From: Methylobacter sp.
GTDB taxonomy: Bacteria > Pseudomonadota > Gammaproteobacteria > Methylococcales > Methylomonadaceae
Reading direction: 5' to 3'
Length of the DNA: 64,000 nucleotides
NCBI GenBank assembly: GCA_030679035.1
Contig: JAUXTH010000002.1
Coordinates: forward strand, 56,132 to 120,131
The translations under genes were made by a program, and so were the position numbers. Below are positions 49,989 through 57,438 of the stretch, piece after piece. The notes beneath the pieces were generated by a model. That model was not told the origin of the DNA. It saw only the letters and a program-made list of their open reading frames with translations, and did not search any database. Every line of letters starts with the position of its first letter. Within the stretch, counting starts at the first letter, position 1.

Positions 49989-50993
49989 TTATGACGCCTT
50001 TGCAAACCTTGGATTGTGGCTGTATTCCCATTGCCATGCGTGTTCTACGATGGTATCCAGGTTGAAATAGGCAGGCTGCCAGCCCAGTTCTTGTTTTATT
50101 TTGCTTGCATTGGCCACTAAGCGGGCGGGGTCGCCTAAGCGGCGACGGCCCTCCTGTACCGGGATGGTCTCCCCGGTGACCCGCCTTGCGGTTTGGATGA
50201 CGCTCTCGACCGAATAGCCGTTGCCGTTGCCCAGGTTAAATGCGGAGGATTCTCCCCCCGATTGCAGGTATTGCAGAGCCAGCCAATGCGCTTCGGCCAA
50301 GTCAAGAATATGGATGTAATCGCGGATGCAGGTGCCGTCCGGGGTATCGTAATCGCGCCCGAAAACGCTGATGTGCGGACGACGACCGGAAGCCGCTTGC
50401 AGCACCAGCGGAATCAAATGCGTTTCAGGTTCGTGCCGCTCGCCCAGCAAGCCGTCCGGGTGCGCTCCGGCCGCATTGAAGTAACGTAAGCAAACCGATT
50501 TGAGGCCATAAGCGCGGTCGTAATCGGCTAACGCCTGCTCAACCATCAGTTTGCTCCAGCCATAGGGGTTGATAGGCCGCTTGGGATGCGACTCATCGAT
50601 GGGGCTGTATTCCGGCTCGCCAAAGATCGCGGCGGTGGAGGAGAAAATGAATTTATCGACGCCATGCGCGCACATCGCGTTAAGCAGGTTGAGCGTGTTG
50701 ACTACGTTGTTCTGGTAATACTTGGCCGGGTCTTGCATGGATTCGCCAACCTGGATGAACGAAGCAAAGTGCATGACGGCATCGAACTTGTATTTCCGAA
50801 ACACCTTGTCGAGTATCTGCCGATCTGCGATGTCGCCATGCACAAACTCGCCATGCAACACCGCGTCGCGATGGCCGCTGGAAAGATTGTCCAGCGTCAC
50901 CACATCGACGCCTTTCCGGCCGAGCAGCCAGACCATATGCGAGCCGATGTAACCGGCGCCGCCAACAACCAGCACAGTTTTAGGCGAGGTCAT
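49989..50993 (-). CDS. galE: UDP-glucose 4-epimerase
   Basis: VLVVGGAGYIGSH Rossmann motif, YGWSK catalytic motif, typical length. Confidence 0.88.
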   Translation of the reverse strand: MTSPKTVLVVGGAGYIGSHMVWLLGRKGVDVVTLDNLSSGHRDAVLHGEFVHGDIADRQILDKVFRKYKFDAVMHFASFIQVGESMQDPAKYYQNNVVNTLNLLNAMCAHGVDKFIFSSTAAIFGEPEYSPIDESHPKRPINPYGWSKLMVEQALADYDRAYGLKSVCLRYFNAAGAHPDGLLGERHEPETHLIPLVLQAASGRRPHISVFGRDYDTPDGTCIRDYIHILDLAEAHWLALQYLQSGGESSAFNLGNGNGYSVESVIQTARRVTGETIPVQEGRRRLGDPARLVANASKIKQELGWQPAYFNLDTIVEHAWQWEYSHNPRFAKAS

Positions 50994-50996
50994 TGG

Positions 50997-52037
50997 CTAG
51001 TGCTCAATGTGTGAAACATTCACGGTATCCCAAATGTCTTCGATAAAATCTGTGTCCATTTTGGGCATGCCATCCTGTATCCATTGCACCAACACCTTGG
51101 CGATATTGGGATAGGTGATATGGACGGCGTGGTTGTCGTGCAGCCAGTGCTCAATAACCGAACTGTCCATGTCATGCATGATATGCCCGTAACCTAACTG
51201 CTGTAAGGCGGCGGCATTGGAGATTTGTTCCATTTGCGCATGCAGCGGTTTAGCCAGGATTTTTTTGCCCATCTGCAACGATTCGCTGGCCAGTTCAAAC
51301 CCGGCATTGCTGATAATACCGGCGCAATCGTACAAGTCTTTCTGGAAGCCGTCGCGCGACAGCGGATTGCAGGTAATGTGACTGAATGTAGAAGGAACCG
51401 GTTCCGGCGAATAAAGATGAAAGTCGAAGTTTTTAAACGGCGACAACAGCCGGATGACTTCATTCTGGTCTTCAAAAGGCAGGTAGACGATGATCTTGTT
51501 TTTGACCATGCTTTTGGGCATTTCCGGCGTATCAATAATCGGCGGCAATATGGGCTGGCCGAAATGATGCCAGTGCAAGCCGACACCCACATCGGCCGGG
51601 GCAAAATGTTTCATGACCTGATCGGCGATAGGATCCGAACCTTTTCTGGGAATGTCATGATTGAACGCATATTGATGGCCGATGCCTAAAACCGGTATTT
51701 TCTGGCTCTTTGCCGCCCAAGCGGTCACTGGTTCAAAATCGCTGATCACCAGATCGTAGCCGCTTAAATCCAGAGACTTCATGTCTCTTATGAAGGTAAT
51801 CGGTTTGGCGTCCAGCGCAGTTTTCAAATAACTGACTTGCCCTTTCTCGGTATGAAAAGTCAGGCCGGTACGTAACTGGTAGCCGTTAAAGACTTCCATG
51901 TCGAAATACTTATCCGCAGGGCGTCCGGTAAATTGAAAGTGAACATCAATGCCGGCGGCAGAAAGTTCTTTTGCCATGACCCGTGCGCGAGTGATGTGGC
52001 CGTTGCCGGTGCCCTGTACGCCATAAAAAATCTTCAT
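50997..52037 (-). CDS. Glycosyltransferase (MJ1255/TIGR00661-like)
   Basis: MKIFYGVQGTGNGHITRARVMAKEL N-terminus and a GT-B-like C-half (ISNAGFELASE). Confidence 0.65.
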   Translation of the reverse strand: MKIFYGVQGTGNGHITRARVMAKELSAAGIDVHFQFTGRPADKYFDMEVFNGYQLRTGLTFHTEKGQVSYLKTALDAKPITFIRDMKSLDLSGYDLVISDFEPVTAWAAKSQKIPVLGIGHQYAFNHDIPRKGSDPIADQVMKHFAPADVGVGLHWHHFGQPILPPIIDTPEMPKSMVKNKIIVYLPFEDQNEVIRLLSPFKNFDFHLYSPEPVPSTFSHITCNPLSRDGFQKDLYDCAGIISNAGFELASESLQMGKKILAKPLHAQMEQISNAAALQQLGYGHIMHDMDSSVIEHWLHDNHAVHITYPNIAKVLVQWIQDGMPKMDTDFIEDIWDTVNVSHIEH

Positions 52038-52558
52038 ATTACGATTTGTCCCAAACTAAAAAGTGCGGTGCTGATACCCAAAATGGCGCCTACCAAAGTG
52101 TCGGTCGGAAAATGCACGCCCAGTACCACACGGGAAAATGCAACCAATGTCGCCCAACAATAGAGCAGGATCATTAAGGGAGGTGAATAAACGCTTAGCA
52201 ATGTCGCCATCATGAACGCGGCGGAGGTATGGCCGGAGGGGAAACTGAACTTATCCGACGGAGTAATGATGCTGCGGAAGTTTTGTAACGCCGCTTGCGG
52301 GCGATTGCGCCTTAAGCCGTTTTTCAGTACAAAATAAATCGGCCTTTCGATTAAAAATGCCAGCAGAATCGCTTGCAGGGTAGGGCAGGCTACGCCTTCG
52401 CGCCAATATAACAAGCCTGCGATAATCAGATACAACAAGCCATCGCCGGTTTTTGAAATATAACGGCTCGTCCTGGTCAATGCACCATGAATTCTGGCAT
52501 TGATCAGCCAGGTGAACATGAAAACGTCGTATTTATGGATGGAATAGAGCAGTTTCAT
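52034..52558 (-). CDS. PAP2-family phosphatase (membrane)
   Basis: KxxxxxxRP (LRRNRP), PSGH (FPSGHTS) and SRxxxxxHxxxD (SRVVLGVHFPTD) motifs. The ATG at 52558 has an AAGGAG SD. ATGA overlap with the glycosyltransferase gene. Confidence 0.8.
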   Translation of the reverse strand: MKLLYSIHKYDVFMFTWLINARIHGALTRTSRYISKTGDGLLYLIIAGLLYWREGVACPTLQAILLAFLIERPIYFVLKNGLRRNRPQAALQNFRSIITPSDKFSFPSGHTSAAFMMATLLSVYSPPLMILLYCWATLVAFSRVVLGVHFPTDTLVGAILGISTALFSLGQIVI

Positions 52559-52677
52559 TTCTTTCTCCTTTTGAGGGAAGTTCTGCAAAACTTGTAGTGA
52601 GCGTTGCCGAACTAGTCGACTGCGATCTTTTGCAGGATGAAAAGCATTAGTCTTCAACGCAAAGAATAAAACTCTTC

Positions 52678-52722
52678 TGTGACAAAGAAATGAACGTTTG
52701 TTTACGATTTTGTGACAAAGAA
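52678..52722. promoter_or_regulatory. Direct 12-bp repeat TGTGACAAAGAA x2, 33 bp apart (candidate operator)
   Basis: Copies at 52678..52689 and 52711..52722, in the 300-bp divergent region between the PAP2 operon and the WYL regulator gene. Confidence 0.3.
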
Positions 52723-52860
52723 TTATGGCTTTTGCATAATTCCCCCTTCCGTCGGGATAGGGGATAAAATGTTTAGGTTATTTCATGCGGGTTCCCTATC
52801 GAAGCGATCGACAGATCGTTCATAAAGACGACTAAGATATACAAAACAGGAAAAAACCAA

Positions 52861-53838
52861 ATGGACCGATTCGACAGAATATATCGATTACACAATCTAT
52901 TAACCAACCGGCGCATACCGATACCGTTAACAGTCATCATGAACGAACTCGAATGCGCCAAGGCAACAGCGACGCGTTACATCGAAGACATGCGCACTTA
53001 CCTTGATGCGCCGCTGGAATACGACCGGAAACTCAACGGCTATTACTACGACAGGCAACATGCAAACAAGCCCTACCAACTGCCCGGACTCTGGTTCAGC
53101 GCCGAAGAACTCAACGGCCTGCTGATCTGTCATCAAATCCTGCAAAACATCAGCCCCGGCATACTCAGCCAGCAGATAACTCAGCTGCAACAAAGAATCA
53201 ACCAACTGTTCAAATTAAAGCCGCACACCCCGGTCAATATTTCACAGAAAATAAAAATCCTCTCCATCGGTCGGCGCTTAAAAGACGATGCCCAGTTCAA
53301 GAAAATAGCCACCGCCCTGTTCAACGACAAACAAATCGACATCCACTACACCGCCAGAGGCGCAAACGCCGCACAAAGCCAAAGAACAGTCTCGCCGCAG
53401 CAACTCATCTACTATCGCGATAACTGGTATCTAGCCGCCCACTGCCATCACCGGGATCAACTGCGGGTATTCGCTGTAGACAACATCGACTCAGCAAAAA
53501 TACTAGATCAAACCGCCCAGCCGACCGACCCAAAACAGCTGGAACAATTCCTCACCTCGTCCTACGGCATTTTCAGCGGCACCGCAGAACACACCGCCGT
53601 ACTGGAATTTACCAAAGCCAGAGCTAAATGGGTCGCCGACGAAAACTGGCACCCCAACCAGCAGGGACAATGGCTGGACAACGGCAACTACCAGCTGAGC
53701 ATCCCGTTCAACGACAGCCGCGAATTGATCATGGACATCCTCAAACACGGCGCAGAAGTGGAAGTTAAATCGCCGCAGTTTTTGGTTGATGGAGTCAGGG
53801 AGCAAGTAGAAGCCATGCAAAAAATTTATAAAAAATAA
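52861..53838 (+). CDS. WYL-domain (HTH-WYL-WCX) transcriptional regulator
   Basis: N-terminal wHTH (RIYRLHNLL..ELECAKATATRYIEDMR), a central WYL-like segment (YYRDNWYLAAHC..RVFAVDNI) and a C-terminal extension. Confidence 0.8.
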   Translation: MDRFDRIYRLHNLLTNRRIPIPLTVIMNELECAKATATRYIEDMRTYLDAPLEYDRKLNGYYYDRQHANKPYQLPGLWFSAEELNGLLICHQILQNISPGILSQQITQLQQRINQLFKLKPHTPVNISQKIKILSIGRRLKDDAQFKKIATALFNDKQIDIHYTARGANAAQSQRTVSPQQLIYYRDNWYLAAHCHHRDQLRVFAVDNIDSAKILDQTAQPTDPKQLEQFLTSSYGIFSGTAEHTAVLEFTKARAKWVADENWHPNQQGQWLDNGNYQLSIPFNDSRELIMDILKHGAEVEVKSPQFLVDGVREQVEAMQKIYKK

Positions 53839-53898
53839 AGATCAACCTCACCGTTTGAGGTTGTGGTCGTGGATAATGGGGCTAAAGTTAATCGTTAG

Positions 53899-56601
53899 GT
53901 GATCAAAGTGACTGGAAAGCTGTATTACAAATATTGGGGCAAGGCCGGTTCGGATGACATGCAGGCCAATAACTTTCATTTGTTGCCGTATCATTGTCTG
54001 GATGTGGCGGCAGTAGGCTGGCGATTATTGAAGCCCGACATGCCGCTTTGTAAACAATTAGCAAAGCAATTGGAAGTAGAGCCCGAATGGCTAAGAACAT
54101 TATTTGTTTTCTGTCTGGCACTGCATGATCTGGGCAAATTTGCTCGAGCTTTTCAGGGCTTGAGGCAGGATTTATCAGCTGATTTGGTAAAAGCCAATTC
54201 CAGAATGTCTTATTCTGAACGACACGACAGTTTGGGCTTTTGTCTTTGGCAAGAAACACTGCAAACCAAACTGCTTGAGCAACCGCCAAGCAATGAGTCA
54301 GCAGGTAACGAATGGCTATTTCATTTAGAGCCTTGGCTGGAAATAGTCTCCGGCCATCATGGCATGCCGCCCAAAACAAATTTACGAACGCGGAATTTCT
54401 TTGAAGTTGAAGATGAGCAAGCGGCAATGGCATTTGTACAGGTTGCTATTGCACTTCTTCTTGGCGATTTCGATTTCAAACCGTTACTGGACAAGGCGCT
54501 TAAGAAACGGCTGAAACCCGTATCCTGGCAATTGGCAGGGGTCGCGGTATTGGCCGATTGGTTGGGCTCGAATCAGGATCATTTTAAATACTGCGATAAA
54601 CCAAAAGATTTGAATGTGTATTGGCGTGAGATAGCTATAAAAAAAGCGGAAGACGCTGTTAATACTTTACCGAAAACACCCGATGTTGCCTCATTTCAAA
54701 CTATCGAAAATCTATTTCCTTTTATTCAGCAACCTACACCGCTGCAAAAATATGCCATCAACGAACCGCTTACCGAACTACCGCAACTCTTTATACTAGA
54801 AGATGTCACCGGAGCTGGAAAAACCGAAGCAGCCTTGATTTTAACCCAACGCCTGATGGCGCAAGGCTTGGCAGATGGTTTATATATTGCCTTGCCCACC
54901 ATGGCGACAGCCAATGCCATGTATAAAAGATTGGGCGATGTTTATCGCAAGTTTTATCAATCGGGCAGTGAACCGTCGCTGATTCTGGCTCACGGTGCCC
55001 GCGAGTTGTCCCAGGATTTCCAGGCTTCTGTTATTTTAGCCAAGCAGTCGATAATAGACGGCGATTATCTGAATGGAAACAATGAGGAGGATCAGGAATT
55101 AAGCGCCACCGCCTACTGCAATGCATGGTTGGCCGACAGCCGTAAAAAAGCGCTACTGGCCGATGTCGGCGTCGGCACATTGGATCAAGCTTTGTTAGCG
55201 GTTTTGCCAGCGCGTCATCAGTCGCTACGCTTGCTGGGATTGGGCCGAAAGGTATTGTTGGTCGACGAAGTCCATGCTTACGACAGTTACATGCAAAAGT
55301 TGCTGGATGCTTTGCTGGAAGCCCATGCCCGGCAAGGCGGCAGCGTGATTTTGTTATCGGCAACCTTGCCGCAAACTATGCGCGAAATCTTGGTCAACGC
55401 CTTTCATAAAGGCCTGGAGCAAGCTGCTCCAACGCTGAGCGATCCGGCTCAATATCCTTTAGCCACCCATACCCCGGCAGCAACCGTTGAACAACAGATC
55501 GATACCCGTGAAGCCGTAAAACGTATCGTCAACATTCAACGCCTGAACAGCGAAGACGAAGTGATTGCGCAAATTCAGATAGCCGTTGCTGCTGGACATT
55601 GCGTGTGCTGGATACGCAACACGGTAAAAGCCGCCAGACAGTCTTATCAAGATTTACTGGATGCCGGTATTGATGCGAATCGGTTAAGTTTGTTTCACAG
55701 CCGCTTTGCGATGATCGACCGCCAAGAAATTGAAAACCGCACCTTGCAATATTTTGGTGATGGCTCGACCCCTGAACATAGAAAAGGTCAGGTATTGATA
55801 GCCACGCAAGTGGTTGAGCAGTCGCTGGACTTGGATTTCGACGTGATGATCACCGATTTAGCACCAATCGATTTGATTATTCAGCGAGCGGGAAGATTGA
55901 TGCGTCATGTCCGGGATGCGCAAGGTAACCGGATCAGACAGGAAGGCGCAAAAGACCAGCGAGGCACACCAACGCTTTATCTGTATTCACCAGAACCGAT
56001 AGAAAACGCGGATGTAAATTGGCTGAAACCGGATCATGCCGGAACGCAGGCGATTTACCCGCATATTGGACAGCTTTGGTTGACGGCGAAACATTTGGTT
56101 GGGCGGGGACGATTCGCTATGCCCGATGATGCGAGATATTTAATTGAAGGCGTGTATTCGTTTGATGCCGAAGCAGACATACCGGATGTATTGTTGGACG
56201 GTTCTATGCAAGCGACAAGCAAAGCCATGGTGCAAAAAAGTATGGCTGATTTGAACGTGCTCAAACTTAATAAAGGCTATACCCGTTCCAGCGGCGATTG
56301 GGATGAGGAAACCAGAATCCCGACTCGATTAACTGAAGAAGAAACCGTCTCGGTAGCTCTGGCGATTTTAGAAAACGGCCAGCTAAAACCTTATGCCAAA
56401 GCGGAGCCTTATGCCTGGGCGTTGAGCACCGTCAAATTACCTGAACACGAATGGAAAAAAGCGCAACAGCAGATCCCGGAAAATCTGAAAAGTTTGATCG
56501 AAACCTTGAAAACCGAGCAAAAAGCATTGCGTTGGGTTGAGATATTACCGTTGGAGGAGGGGCAGCTCATCTACAGTCCGCAACATGGGTTTGTAGGGTA
56601 A
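53899..56601 (+). CDS. cas3: Type I-E CRISPR-associated helicase/nuclease Cas3
   Basis: HD domain (HCLDVAAV, LHDLGKF, SGHHG). SF2 helicase motifs (TGAGKTEA, LVDEVHAY, SATLP, QVVEQSLDLDFD, QRAGR). Confidence 0.93.
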   Translation: MIKVTGKLYYKYWGKAGSDDMQANNFHLLPYHCLDVAAVGWRLLKPDMPLCKQLAKQLEVEPEWLRTLFVFCLALHDLGKFARAFQGLRQDLSADLVKANSRMSYSERHDSLGFCLWQETLQTKLLEQPPSNESAGNEWLFHLEPWLEIVSGHHGMPPKTNLRTRNFFEVEDEQAAMAFVQVAIALLLGDFDFKPLLDKALKKRLKPVSWQLAGVAVLADWLGSNQDHFKYCDKPKDLNVYWREIAIKKAEDAVNTLPKTPDVASFQTIENLFPFIQQPTPLQKYAINEPLTELPQLFILEDVTGAGKTEAALILTQRLMAQGLADGLYIALPTMATANAMYKRLGDVYRKFYQSGSEPSLILAHGARELSQDFQASVILAKQSIIDGDYLNGNNEEDQELSATAYCNAWLADSRKKALLADVGVGTLDQALLAVLPARHQSLRLLGLGRKVLLVDEVHAYDSYMQKLLDALLEAHARQGGSVILLSATLPQTMREILVNAFHKGLEQAAPTLSDPAQYPLATHTPAATVEQQIDTREAVKRIVNIQRLNSEDEVIAQIQIAVAAGHCVCWIRNTVKAARQSYQDLLDAGIDANRLSLFHSRFAMIDRQEIENRTLQYFGDGSTPEHRKGQVLIATQVVEQSLDLDFDVMITDLAPIDLIIQRAGRLMRHVRDAQGNRIRQEGAKDQRGTPTLYLYSPEPIENADVNWLKPDHAGTQAIYPHIGQLWLTAKHLVGRGRFAMPDDARYLIEGVYSFDAEADIPDVLLDGSMQATSKAMVQKSMADLNVLKLNKGYTRSSGDWDEETRIPTRLTEEETVSVALAILENGQLKPYAKAEPYAWALSTVKLPEHEWKKAQQQIPENLKSLIETLKTEQKALRWVEILPLEEGQLIYSPQHGFVG

Positions 56602-56685
56602 ATCCCCACGGGTGTGGGGAACGAATTAATTTATTCTATCAAGAAAGAGATAGAATCGGTTCATCCCCACGGGTGTGGGGAATAT
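56596..56685 (-). CRISPR. Two-repeat / one-spacer mini-CRISPR (psi-array) with I-E-type repeats, antisense to the cas genes
   Basis: The repeats are 56596..56624 and 56657..56685, with 61-bp periodicity (29+32) and an identical 20-nt core ATCCCCACGGGTGTGGGGAA. Read on the minus strand the sequence is ATATTCCCCACACCCGTGGGGATGAACCG, which is collinear with the E. coli I-E repeat. The spacer is 56625..56656. Confidence 0.7.
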
Positions 56686-56724
56686 ATAGTTTAAGTGATT
56701 TTATATTTTTTAGAAAGAGTAATT

Positions 56725-56743
56725 AAGAAAGAGAAAGAATCTT
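56725..56743 (-). promoter_or_regulatory. PAM-flanked partial protospacer for the mini-array spacer (candidate Cascade binding/repression site)
   Basis: The minus strand reads 5'-AAG ATTCTTTCTCTTTCTT-3', and the crRNA-sense spacer 5' end is ATTCTATCTCTTTCTT. That is a 15/16 match with the mismatch at position 6 only. Confidence 0.5.
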
Positions 56744-56813
56744 ATCTTTATCGTTTACTTATTTTTGATTTGAAATTATCATTGTCCTGTCAAAACAGCA
56801 ATGAGGATTTAAC

Positions 56814-56924
56814 GTGGATCAAATTAAGGGGATTATCGATGCAATTAACTCTTTTTCGCCGGCACCGTTAGCTGTTATCGGTTTGGCACTAGTGTTAGCA
56901 ATTATTCTGGCACTGAAAATGTAA
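56814..56924 (+). CDS. 36-aa hydrophobic peptide ORF (candidate small membrane toxin)
   Basis: GTG start 6 nt after a GAGGA SD. It encodes MDQIKGIIDAINSFSPAPLAVIGLALVLAIILALKM, with a single C-terminal TM-like helix. It is below the track's ORF size cut-off. Confidence 0.35.
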   Translation: MDQIKGIIDAINSFSPAPLAVIGLALVLAIILALKM

Positions 56925-57001
56925 ATTGTTAAGAAAACTTAGGAATTGGTAACACGAATTCGGTAGAAATAAATTGATGTATTTAGATATAGGAACCAAC
57001 A

Positions 57002-57205
57002 ATGAAACTTAAAGTAATCGTACACGAAGCAGAAGAAGGCGGTTTTTGGGCGGAAGTGCCGTCAATACCTGGATGCGTAACGCAAGGCGATACCTTCGAT
57101 GAATTGCTGGGCAATATTTACGAAGCGGTAGAAGGTTGCTTGGCTGTTGATATTGATGAAACAACTATAACCGGAAACGACAGAGTCATGGAGATAGCCG
57201 TGTGA
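57002..57205 (+). CDS. hicB: HicB-family antitoxin
   Basis: [43 protein letters not shown] is a typical HicB/UPF0150 N-domain. Confidence 0.85.
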   Translation: MKLKVIVHEAEEGGFWAEVPSIPGCVTQGDTFDELLGNIYEAVEGCLAVDIDETTITGNDRVMEIAV

Positions 57206-57408
57206 AGGCGGTCAGCGGCAAAAGGCTTTGTCGGCTGTTGGAAATCAGGTGCTGGGAATTAAAGCGTATCAACGGTAGTCATCATATTTACGCCAAGTCA
57301 GGCAGCAATCTTCGCATTTCCGTCCCGGTACATGGCGACAGTGCATTAAAAATCGGTTTGCAGAAGCAGATTATGAAAATGGCCGACATCGACGAATCCG
57401 AATTGTAA
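57202..57408 (+). CDS. hicA: HicA-family mRNA-interferase toxin
   Basis: [26 protein letters not shown]....ISVPVHG...[11 protein letters not shown] matches the HicA/YcfA pattern. 4-nt overlap with hicB. Confidence 0.85.
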   Translation: MKAVSGKRLCRLLEIRCWELKRINGSHHIYAKSGSNLRISVPVHGDSALKIGLQKQIMKMADIDESEL

Positions 57409-57438
57409 TAGACGGCTTGTGAAAGCCAAGGAGAATAC

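Noticed and set aside
53844-53864. Hairpin CAACCTCA-CCGTT-TGAGGTTG between the WYL gene and cas3, considered as a terminator or attenuator.
   Set aside because: The stem is 8 bp, but no T-run follows. Its function cannot be judged from sequence alone.
56801-56812. Mini-ORF ATG AGG ATT TAA with a rare Arg codon. It resembles the tRNA-sequestering mini-ORF logic of archaeal CreT RNA toxins.
   Set aside because: It has only one Arg codon and no SD upstream. Its GAGGA is better explained as the SD of the GTG ORF at 56814. I keep it only as an alternative to test.
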